Below are positions 26,178-35,704 of a stretch of DNA of 64,000 nt, piece after piece (positions within the stretch are counted from its first letter, which is position 1; every line of letters starts with the position of its first letter). The stretch is from the NCBI GenBank assembly GCA_047495785.1, contig JBLDXI010000054.1:3596001-3660000 (forward strand). The letters are read 5' to 3'. The DNA comes from Lepidodermella squamata. Taxonomy: Eukaryota; Animalia; Gastrotricha. The translations under genes were made by a program, and so were the position numbers. The notes beneath the pieces were generated by a model, which saw only the letters and a program-made list of their open reading frames with translations, did not search any database and had not been told where the DNA came from.

Positions 26178-27280
26178 TTGCGCCGTAGGAAACTGCTGAG
26201 TAATCGCCCTACATGAATGAAAAATAAAATTTGTAAAATGTTTCGCCACGCAAGTCAGATTGACGAGGTCAAGTGATAACAAATGGACTGTACGAGACAC
26301 GAGCTTGAACTAAGCACGTGTTCCAGCCATATAAGAAAGTTTGAGTAAATTAATTAGCAACCAGTCAAAATAATGTATGACTCGGCAGAAACGATGAAGA
26401 TCTTTCTGTTTTCTCTGTGTCTTTGATTGATCACTGTAAACACTCTGATTCTGAACTCTCAAGTAACCCACAATGAGCAGTATAACATACGTAATCAAGG
26501 ACTAGAAGCCCTGAAGCCTATGAGGTTAGGAACTTTCTTGTTGTCCTTCGATGCCAAAAATAAACTAAAATCTCAAAGATCAGCTGGAAATACCTGGATT
26601 GCAAATCGGCCCAGTAGTCCAGGAGGTTTATAGTTTTGTTGTATTCTCTCCTGCTTGCAGGCGCACGTGAGATGGGCGATATGGTCTGTTCTGTTACGAT
26701 GCCGGCCCGTCATCCATTATCGTTCGTAATTTACCGAGCGTTATCATCAGCTGCCCTGAATTAAGTGGGTCCGTCATTCAACTACGGCTGCGAACTCGCA
26801 GAAAGTTATGTCTCTGATGCAAATTTTGCGCGGCAAAATCTCACTCCAAGAGCCACAAGAGCGCCGAAATTAAGGGCACGACGGAGGCATTCAAATCGCG
26901 GCTTGGGTCAAGCCGGCAAGGGCCGGCGCCGATTTGCCCTTATTCACCCGTGCGCACATCGCCCGCATTATCCCCCTGGGCGCACCGCCGCCCCCATTTT
27001 CCGCTACCTGAGCCCCACGCCCGTTCTCTCTGCTCGCCTGCCGCTACCGAGCCGGTCGCCCCGTATGTCGGCGCACCTGAACTCCTGGTAGCCGATCTGC
27101 TTCCGGCGCTCCTGAAGCCTACCGATGATAGTGAGCAATTATTCTTCTCTCGATGCTGCTGCGATCATCACTCGTTGATTTGGCATAGCTCTCCTTCCTA
27201 CTCGTTTGCATTCATAAATCCATCCATGTATCGCTCATCTATCTAGCTCGCTGTGGGGTGCGCAAGCGAGAGGAAGCGGA

Positions 27281-27360
27281 GCCCACTGAGAGGGAGCCCT
27301 CTGAGAGTGAGCCATCTGAGGGGTAGGCCCTATACTTAATGGCTACCCTCTGAGAGGGCA
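27281..27360. repeat. Four degenerate copies of a GCCCTCTGAGAG-like motif in the divergent NAA80 / snoRNA-host intergenic region
   Basis: gcccactgagag, gccctctgagag, gccatctgaggg, accctctgagag within 80 bp. Confidence 0.5.
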
Positions 27361-27928
27361 TTTCTACCCACGAAATTGAAAATGGCCTCACGTGAAATTG
27401 AACCTCACGTAGGTACCAGTTTTCATTTCGACGTTTTTGAAAAATTCCCCGACGATAAACTAACTAAGCTTATGGTTCTCTACGAACAAGGCTGTTTTGT
27501 GGTACTTTTATCTTTGCAAACTATTTCCAAGTCCGATGTCTCACATCGAGGGTGTGTCAACCAAAGGTAAAACCGCAAGGTAAACGGCGAAATACGCTAT
27601 ACCGCCATTTCTGACAACTATTTAGTTTCGAACTCCTTAATTGCAAAAATTGAAATTAATATTCAGTTTTTATATTAATAATATTTATGTAATATTGTAA
27701 ATGTCAGCTGACCTGAAACGCGTGGTACCCTCAGTTAGGCGTGCTTTTTGGTCTGTTTGTTGGCAGCGTGCTAAGCCATGCGTCACCACCACATAAATAC
27801 GACGATTTGCGATGTTCTATTCAATCAAGTCAGTCTTCATTCGTTTATTGCTTATTACATCATCTCCTCACGCAATCCACTCATCCTCACGAAATGGTTA
27901 GTCTACAAGCCTTGAAAGCAAAGTTTGC

Positions 27929-28004
27929 TTCTCAAATGATGCAAAACAAATGATAATTGAAAATTCATGATCATTATCGAGCTTTTTAACTCTGAACTTT
28001 GAGA
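27929..28004 (+). ncRNA. SNORD36: Box C/D snoRNA, SNORD36/snR47 family, copy 1
   Basis: C box ATGATGC (27936), D box CTGA (27992), terminal stem TTCTCAA/TTGAGAA. Guide CGAGCTTTTTAACT is complementary to the conserved 18S AGTTAAAAAGCTCG. Confidence 0.88.
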
Positions 28005-28197
28005 AAGTTTTTAACTATGTCGTTCAGTGACTAATCATTATTCTAAAACGCATTTCTTTTGTTAATTGCAGCTTGAATCGCGAAGCCAAGCTCCAAGCTC
28101 CCTAATCTGTCATCTCTCCACTGGCCCAGGCCACTTTGTACGAAGTCTCGTCTGATTATTTCAGGTATTGTTGAGATACCCATTAGTTTTGAATACG

Positions 28198-28265
28198 ATT
28201 TTATGATGCATTATTAATCCTGATTACAATGATTTATCATTTCGAGCTTTTTAACACTGACTTCG
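28198..28265 (+). ncRNA. SNORD36: Box C/D snoRNA, SNORD36/snR47 family, copy 2
   Basis: C box ATGATGC (28203), D' CTGA (28220), C'-like ATGATTT, and CGAGCTTTTTAACA-CTGA (D box 28257), as in vertebrate U36. Confidence 0.88.
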
Positions 28266-28410
28266 ATATACCATCAACTCTCTTCGATTGATTAGTCAAA
28301 CGTTGATAGCTAATTTGTTCGTTTATTCCAACAGTTTTGTGCCTTGCGAGCCATGTAAAAGCAGAATCTACTGCATCTATATGTAAGTCGCCGTGTTTTT
28401 ATTAATTTGA

Positions 28411-28540
28411 TTGCACCTGGTATCTACGGCGGCGACAAACTGTGTCGTCATCGTTCAATTGTGTGCGATATGAACTCATTGTCATCGTTTTCTCATTGCT
28501 TCATCGTAGTAATGCGAATGGTTAAACCTCTGATACATTT
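28411..28540 (+). ncRNA. SNORA8: Box H/ACA snoRNA, SNORA8/snR31-like
   Basis: Two hairpins, H box ATATGA (28468), ACA (28535) followed by TTT. Pocket 1 (GGTATCT / TCGT) fits 18S ACGA-UC-AGAUACC; pocket 2 (CATCGTT / TGGT) fits 18S ACCA-UA-AACGAUG. These are the two recalled SNORA8 targets. Confidence 0.78.
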
Positions 28541-28644
28541 TGTTTTGCAGAATTCCAAGTCATTCCAATGTGAGCGACAGCTTGAAATCGCGTCTGTCTT
28601 GATCGAGAACCAGGTAAATTACTAAAATATTTCATCTATCTAGA

Positions 28645-28782
28645 ATGCATTAGTTATTGGCACAAGTTATGAACATGTAACAGTTCTTGACTTGACAACT
28701 AAATGCTACATTCAGCCATATTGCAACTTCGTTTTAGCATTTTACCCTGTTGCATAACGATTACTAAAAGATGGCAACATTT
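28645..28782 (+). ncRNA. Box H/ACA snoRNA candidate (pocket 1 fits 18S CAAGUC-UG-GUGCCA, SNORA24-like target)
   Basis: Hairpins GCATTAGTT/AACTAAATGC and GCCAT/ATGGC, ACA-TTT at 28777, pocket strands TGGCAC and GACTTG. H box is non-canonical (ACATTC). Confidence 0.62.
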
Positions 28783-28883
28783 TCTATTTCAGATCAATGC
28801 ATCGTTCAATTCGCGCTACTAATCCCGACTTTGATTGGCTTTATTATTCGAGGTTTGTCTTTCGATATTATAATTCATTAGTT

Positions 28884-29016
28884 GTGCAACATTACCAGCG
28901 AGGCTTCTCTGTTGAGTGAGTCGATCTTTCTAATCTTGTTGCTACATTAACGTAAATAGTTTGAGAGTGCTATCATTCATAGCGTTGATAGTTTTCTTAG
29001 GAATTCCACTACATTT
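28884..29016 (+). ncRNA. Box H/ACA snoRNA candidate
   Basis: Hairpin GCAACA/TGTTGC, H box ACATTA (28944), second hairpin GCTATCA/TGATAGT, ACA-TTT at 29011. The 3' pocket TTAGGAATTCC is complementary to 18S GGAAUUCCUAG and starts 14 nt from ACA. Confidence 0.65.
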
Positions 29017-29257
29017 CATATTTCATCTAGGTTGCTAACGGTCCAATCGATACTTGTGCCTAAATATGATGAGGTAAGCTGAACATTCTCTAATGTCACT
29101 TTCATTATTTCGTTTTAATTTCAGGGTTTGAAGAGTACTGTACCCTAGCCACAACAATCCTCGTTTCCTCTGGACTATTTATCTCGGAATTTCTTATTCG
29201 GAGTATTATGTTTTCTAGTTATATTTTGTTACAAATAAAACTGATCGGTGCCTCAAT

Positions 29258-30552
29258 ATGCCATTGTTTACTCCTACAAACCAAAAACGTCTAACAAATG
29301 TTGCTGTTGTGCGTCTGAGGAAAGGCGGCAAGCGCTTCGAGATCGCCTGCTACCCGAATAAGGTCAATGCCTGGCGAGAAAAGCTGGAAAAAGATTTGGA
29401 CGAGGTTTTGCAAGCTCGCCAAGTCTTCACCAACGTTTCTAAAGGCGAAGGCGCAAAGAAAGACGAACTGGCCAAGGCTTTTGGCTTTGACGATCTCGAC
29501 AAAATTTGCATCGAGGTTGATTATTTTATTAGATTATCTGAACGATTTTACTAGTTTTTGTTGTAACGCAAATCAGATTTTGGACAAAGGCGAACTTCAA
29601 GTTTCTGCCAAGGAACGAGAAGAACAGCTTGACTCGCAATTCAAGGAAATCGCCACGATCGTAGCCTCGAAATGCATTAATCCTGTCACTAAAAAGCTGT
29701 ACACTGTTACAAGTATCGAGCAGGCTATGAAAGGTACTAGTCTCGCTAAATTTGAATTATTAGCTTTTTTACAATCTTGCTTGCATTGATAAGATGCTCA
29801 CATTGCGCTGAGGCCGAATCGAAATGCGAAGCAGCAAGCTTTAGAGGCTATTCGGAAGTTGAAAGATACGGGTCTCAAAATCCAACGTGCACGCATGCGT
29901 CTGTCGATCGCGGTTTCGAAGCGATCAGTCGCCGAGAAGCTTCGCCCTCTTGCATTCAAGCTCGAGAGCGAATCGTATGATGAAGACTCGCATGTTACTA
30001 CGATGGTTTTGATCTGCGAACCAGCTGACTACCGAACTATCGATGAACTGGTCGCGAAAAGCGCTGTCAGTGACAAAAGCGGCGCTCAAGCTGTTGCTAA
30101 AGTTGAGATCGTCGATTTACAGGTAAATTGATGAACAAATTACCTATCCTCTTAGGTTCTATTGATTTATTCTTCAGGTTCCGCTCGATGAAGACGAAGA
30201 CGAAGGTGACGATGAACCCCATCAGGAAACAGCTCACGCCTCGAAGCCTGCCAAGGGCGCGAAACCACATCACGATGAAGAAGAACACGAGAAAGAAGCT
30301 CCGTCGAAAGCTTCAAAGAAGAAACCCGCAAAGAAGGCTGACAGTGATGAAGACGAGGAGCCTCATCGCGGGCGCGGGAAGCATCAGCAACTAGGAGAAA
30401 TCGAAGTGCCCCGTGTCGAATCAGCCAAGGGTGGTAAGAAGGGGCAGAAGGGTCCGAAACCGGCGGTAAACAAAGCGGACGATTCCGATGATGACCAATC
30501 TCATCGTCGCAGCAATCGCGGCAAATTCATTGACGTTCCGACTGATGATTGA
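29258..30552 (+). CDS. SBDS: Ribosome maturation protein SBDS with C-terminal charged extension (4 exons)
   Basis: [61 protein letters not shown]; last exon 30178-30552 is a D/E/K-rich tail. Confidence 0.96.
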
Positions 30553-31984
30553 AAACATTTCAACAATAACTCAACAGCTGTATTTGCCAGTAATATTCTT
30601 CGTGCTATGACTTTCAGGAATTATTCATAAAGAGTTATTGTAATTTGGTACCAGAGCTTCTACGTCTCTTTTGTAACAGTTGATAAAAATAAAGTTAAAT
30701 AAAGTTTAAAATGTTAAACGGTTGTTGGATTTGGGCTTTGAGCCGCTGTTATTTTCTATACCTAGCTTGCGAGTTGCGGGACAAGGTATCCTGATGCGAA
30801 ATGCAGAATGAGTAATACCGAAATACATGCAACTTTGCTCGTTTTTTATTACTTGCTTTTGAATTTCTTGAACTTCAAATGTTATAATAATAATAATGCA
30901 GTTGCATAATAATGCAAATAATGCAGTTGAAGTTAATTTTATCTTCTTCAGTGATTGTACACATTTTCTATAAAGATTTTTCATTACTTCAAAACAATTT
31001 TCATAGGAGCTTAGAGGAACAAAGACGTTTTTTGCTACTTCGTTCAACTCATTTGTTTCGATTAGGTAATATTGCGGGAAATTTGTTTTGAAGAAATGAA
31101 AAACACGACAAAAGGTGTTATCGACACTCGAAATGGCAGAGAAATGAACTTACTTGAGCAATTTTTTACCACTAGAATCAATGGTGGAAAAGAGGTTTTT
31201 CAAAAATGATAGGGCAGAGAAATTTTGGACAGTGTAACTTTGCCGGCTTTGCAGGTAAACCACTTTGCAATGCCGGACTATAAAAGTAATGTGTTTGTTG
31301 AATTAAATTTTCCATCTCTTGAGCATTCTAATGGCGCAAGTCCCAAGGTGACAGGAGCAATACTTGATTTTTGAGAAATATTATAAGCAAGGAACTCAAA
31401 CGTCGATTTGGGCCCCATCATATCTCACCAACGAAAAATGATTTCGTGACAAAAATTGGCAACGACGTACATCGCTCGCCCGTTATCGATATTAAAATCT
31501 AGATCCGACGATTGTTTTGTAGTGCTTCCAGGTGAAAATCAAATTAGAAATTATTCCGAAATAATTGAAACTGAAAACTCACAGTGCCATTTCGTATACA
31601 AATGAGCAGCACCAAAAATTACACACCAAATTTGTCCAATTTTTTCTTTTCGATCGTGAAAAATCAGGATAATCACCAAAATGAACAGATAAATCGGTCA
31701 CCTCCTTACACACCTTTGTACTAAACACCATCGATTTCTGAATCAAGACTGATTTTTAATCCTCGAAAACACCGTTTCGTCCAAAATTACCCCTCCCTAC
31801 TCCCTACGCCCTACGGTACATTAATTAAATAGTTTAGGAAGTATCAATGTCATCTCATTCTTTGATTTACAAGTCTTCTCCAACTGCTGTCTGAGTTGGC
31901 TTAGCTGAAATTTATGCTCATCACATTCAGAGTTATTACGTCTGGAAACTTTTTGCCCCTCAATGCTTTTTTGGCTTATGAAAA

Positions 31985-32569
31985 ATGGAGACCGATCAGG
32001 AAACCCCACGACGGTCTCGTTATTCTCACCGGGAAAACTTCCACCTGGACTCGCATGCCGAAAATGCTGGCCATGGCACTCCCTCAACGGTCATCACAGT
32101 AAAATCGCGCCGATTTTTCAATGGATGCTGCTGTTGCGCTTTGCTTAGCTTTGCATTTTTCATGCTGATGGCAAGTGGAAGTGTTTATGTTGGTCTACTG
32201 ACTTCATCAGATTGCTGGGAAGGCTGTCAAATGCGGTGTTCCCTGAACCACACCACCCGAATAAGGTGTAATTTAAAATGTATCGGCGTTTGCAGAGCGA
32301 CCCACTGGGCGTCTTGCAATGACAGCGCCGCGACCTGCAGAGCATTAAACACTTTTCATCACTCTCATGTTGACCATGTTCACCTTCGAGAGATAACTAC
32401 TACTTTGATTCCCAACATCACAGAAATAACAACCATGGAGACTTCTTTCGTGACGTCTGAAAATGTGACGAATACGACGATTGAGACTTCTGTCGTGAGT
32501 TCTGAAAATGTGACGAATTCAACCATTTCCACTTCCCCAGAATCGACACAGGATGAATATTCAACATGA
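31985..32569 (+). CDS. Orphan Cys-rich membrane protein, paralogue 1 (with Thr/Ser-rich tail)
   Basis: GCCCC-TM-LLTSSDCWEGC...C...CRATHWASC...TCRAL; tail has two ETSxVxSENVTNxT repeats; AATAAA at ~32588. Confidence 0.75.
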   Translation: METDQETPRRSRYSHRENFHLDSHAENAGHGTPSTVITVKSRRFFNGCCCCALLSFAFFMLMASGSVYVGLLTSSDCWEGCQMRCSLNHTTRIRCNLKCIGVCRATHWASCNDSAATCRALNTFHHSHVDHVHLREITTTLIPNITEITTMETSFVTSENVTNTTIETSVVSSENVTNSTISTSPESTQDEYST

Positions 32570-33209
32570 ATATTAGCTGCAATAGCAATAAAATGATAGA
32601 TCACTATTTTTGCTCTCTTTCCAGTTGTTTTTCGTCTGGTTATTGCTAATTAACGATTTCTTTCCGCTCACCGCACATTCGTTTATTACTAGTCTTATTA
32701 CTGGTCGCCGTGGTCGTCGTTGCCTTACTGATGACCCGGTTACGTGGCTCGGCTGCCATAACATCAAAGACGAGCGGGCGGGAAGTAGTGCCAAGCTGTT
32801 GTAATAAAGCAACGATGTGCCGCACGTGCCCAGCTATCATCAGCTGGGCCACAGTCTGCTGTTGCCATTACACATTTCTTAAATCGCGGCATTAAGTGAG
32901 ATTTTTGGTGTATTTTCATGGATTAATCGTTAAAAACTGTTCATTAAAAAGCCCACCTTAATAATAACGCTCGCATTTCAAAGCTCTATAAATTATTTAT
33001 GCGTTTGTAATCCGACGCCGTATAAAACAACAGTGTGTGTGCATTTATTAACGGCGAACACGTGGTTGTTCGCGGGGTCAACGAGCGGTCCCAATTTCAC
33101 TTGACTATTTCCGGCTAGCCTAACCTAACGCTTTGTGTGTTGTGCTTTCATTGTAGGATTATCGCTTGTATTGTATTACGACAACTACGTTTGACAGCAG
33201 CAATAGAAG

Positions 33210-33647
33210 ATGCCTGGCGTTCGTAACGATGACACGATGGTAGAGCGACTTCTGATCGAGGACGGTGAGCCAAACGCGACGGCAAACATGACACAATCAT
33301 CAAGCCGCCGGCTAATTACAATCATCCGCGGGCCGCAGCCGACGCCTCCGATTGTTGTTACAGGTGGCCGTCGATCGGGCTGCTGCGCAGGTTGTGGCTG
33401 CTGCTGCTGCACCATATTTTTCCTGCTGATCGTGCTGCCGGTTGTTATTTACGGCATGCTGCTGATCACATCACCCTGCTGGAAAGGCTGCATGCAAGTC
33501 TGCCCTCAAGATTGCGTTAGCAACTGCTTCAGCTCTTGCTGGAAAACCCACTGGACCCAGTGTCCTGAAGACGGCATCAGGGCCTGCGCTTTTCTGGGCA
33601 CGAACACCGTCAAGGACATTGCCAGCCTCTTCGGCGTTACTCACTGA
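33210..33647 (+). CDS. Orphan Cys-rich membrane protein, paralogue 2
   Basis: GCCAGCGCCCC-TM-LLITSPCWKGC...CWKTHWTQCPEDGIRACAFLG. Confidence 0.8.
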   Translation: MPGVRNDDTMVERLLIEDGEPNATANMTQSSSRRLITIIRGPQPTPPIVVTGGRRSGCCAGCGCCCCTIFFLLIVLPVVIYGMLLITSPCWKGCMQVCPQDCVSNCFSSCWKTHWTQCPEDGIRACAFLGTNTVKDIASLFGVTH

Positions 33648-34571
33648 CCGACCGTTAATTGCTCTATGTGAAAAAACCGACTTTTCTCTTCGCTTTTCAA
33701 ATGATACTTACTTACTCTTAAAAACTCGTGATCAATTTTACTTCTCGGCATAACAACAAAATTTTATTACGGTGATGATTTCGATATATTTCACTATTGT
33801 CAATAAATACTTACAAGCAATGCTATACGGCTAGCGATCGACCAAGGGTGTTTTTCTGTCAAAAAATTACTGAAGCATTCTCATCATTGCTCGCAAAATA
33901 TTATCCGTGTTATTTCTGGCTGCAGCGCCGCTACCCATCGGCGCAATAATTTGCATGCGATGAAGAACTACTGTTCTCGTTATATCTTGCTGTCAGCACT
34001 AAGTAGGGAAGAAAACGCGGTTGGGCCAAAACCGCGCCTATTTGTTAGTATTAGTGCGAAAATGGCTGGCGCACACACATAATACTTTCTTCTCGCCATT
34101 TCAACCAGAGCGCAAGTACTCCCTTTAATAATATTTATTAACAATAACACATGCCGACATTTTCTTCCCTCTCCCTCTCACTCGCTGCTGCTAACGCATG
34201 TCTGCTATACCAGAAGTAGGGAGGCATCGCTAGACGAGGAAGAAATTTCAAGCGAGCGATGTAATGATAATATCAGCCGCGCGCGCGGCATATGCACTGC
34301 GAATTCTATCGATTTTATTGCACAAGACGTCGGCAACTGGGCCGAAACAGCGAGTGTGATGCATTATGGACGAGAGAAGCTCATCATCTATTGTTGGCCC
34401 GCTAATCAGGCACGAACATCGCGATTATTCGCCTACTACTACTACTGACGCTATATCTTTCACCCGCGTAACATGCCCCACCAGTTTTTTTTTATGATCT
34501 TATGATCCACTCATCTTTTTTATATAGGAATATTGTTTTAATTTCTTTGTTGCCATTATAATAACAATAAT

Positions 34572-34835
34572 ATGGGCTGCGGTTGTCGGCTTATTCTGGG
34601 ACTTATCGGATCGCTGCTAAGCCTTATTATCATCGCCGTTATCGCCTACGTCGTACTTCTTCTGACCTCGCCCTGCTGGAAGGGTTGCCCTCAAGATACG
34701 GCATACTGCGTCGAGGCATGCCGATACACGCACTGGGCCAAGTGCCCCGATGATGGCGAGAAGACGTGCGTCGCGCTGGGCATCAGTGGTATTAAAAACG
34801 TCATGAACAAGGTGTCAGACGTGTTCAGCGGCTAA
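34572..34835 (+). CDS. Orphan Cys-rich membrane protein, paralogue 3
   Basis: MGCGC-TM-LLLTSPCWKGCPQD...CRYTHWAKCPDDGEKTCVALG. Confidence 0.8.
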   Translation: MGCGCRLILGLIGSLLSLIIIAVIAYVVLLLTSPCWKGCPQDTAYCVEACRYTHWAKCPDDGEKTCVALGISGIKNVMNKVSDVFSG

Positions 34836-35704
34836 TTTCGACGTCAACCAATGCGGTTTCTTTTTGCCAAAAATCAGAAAAGCTACAGCACTACCTAACC
34901 ATCATGTGTCGTCATAGAGAAATGATTGATCAGGTACAGCGATCGGCTTTTGAAGTCGTTATACCAGGATTTTCATAATTTTTAATAAATTGAACTGATT
35001 TTTGAAATTTCTGGCCGAAGTTTTACCCGATCATTCCTTGCTTTATGATTTGTAATTTTATGTTAGAGTCTCATTGTCATCTTACATATAATTGCGATGA
35101 GAATGCTTTTTTTCGCTGTTTTAATGATAATTATGGTGAATATTATTCTAGCCCGTCGTGTCGATTTTTGCTTCTCTTTTTAATGGCGCGAAAAGGTGAA
35201 ACTAAATAAAAATCGGCCGAATTTTTTAATTACGAAGCGTCTCATGTCACGCGGTCAATTTTTGTTGTCAGGTATGCGGTTATAATCGGATTATCACGTT
35301 TACATATTGCCGATCAAGTAGTGCAGAGGCGCCACGTGATGGCTGGTTAATTATAAATTTCCACAATGTAACCATAACGCGATACCTATCAGGTGAGTTA
35401 TCGTGTCCTCACCGCACGTACAGATATGGCTTCGAAAATTAATCACGCGCCGGCTAAATATTTTGTTTTTCCATCATCACGTTGAAGCAATCGAGGCGAA
35501 AAATGATAAACATAATCCGTGTCATCGCGATATAAAGAGCATAAATTTCTGTGTTGCGCAATAGTTATCCTGTCTTGCTCTGAATTAAGTTTTGTTGGAC
35601 AAGCGTTTATCCCGTGTGGAATAATTCTGGATTTTGGACAAGAACAATCATTTGCCTCTTTTAAATCAACCCTTTTTGGAAGTATTTCACGAAGTAAATG
35701 AGTC

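Larger units (their letters stand above)
27830..29245 (+). ncRNA. Spliced non-coding snoRNA host transcript (GAS5/SNHG-like), 7 exons; 5' end approximate
   Basis: GT-AG introns at 27897-28071, 28165-28334, 28383-28550, 28614-28792, 28853-29030 (168-179 nt, each with a snoRNA) and 29074-29124. The first ATG gives only a 28-codon ORF; AATAAA at 29234. Confidence 0.8.

Noticed and set aside
26765-27246. GC-rich overlapping ORFs upstream of NAA80
   Set aside because: Low-complexity Pro/Arg translations with no domain or splice support.
32610-32804. Small hydrophobic ORF after Cys-rich paralogue 1 as a fourth family member
   Set aside because: Non-ATG start; lacks the CWxGC and THW motifs.
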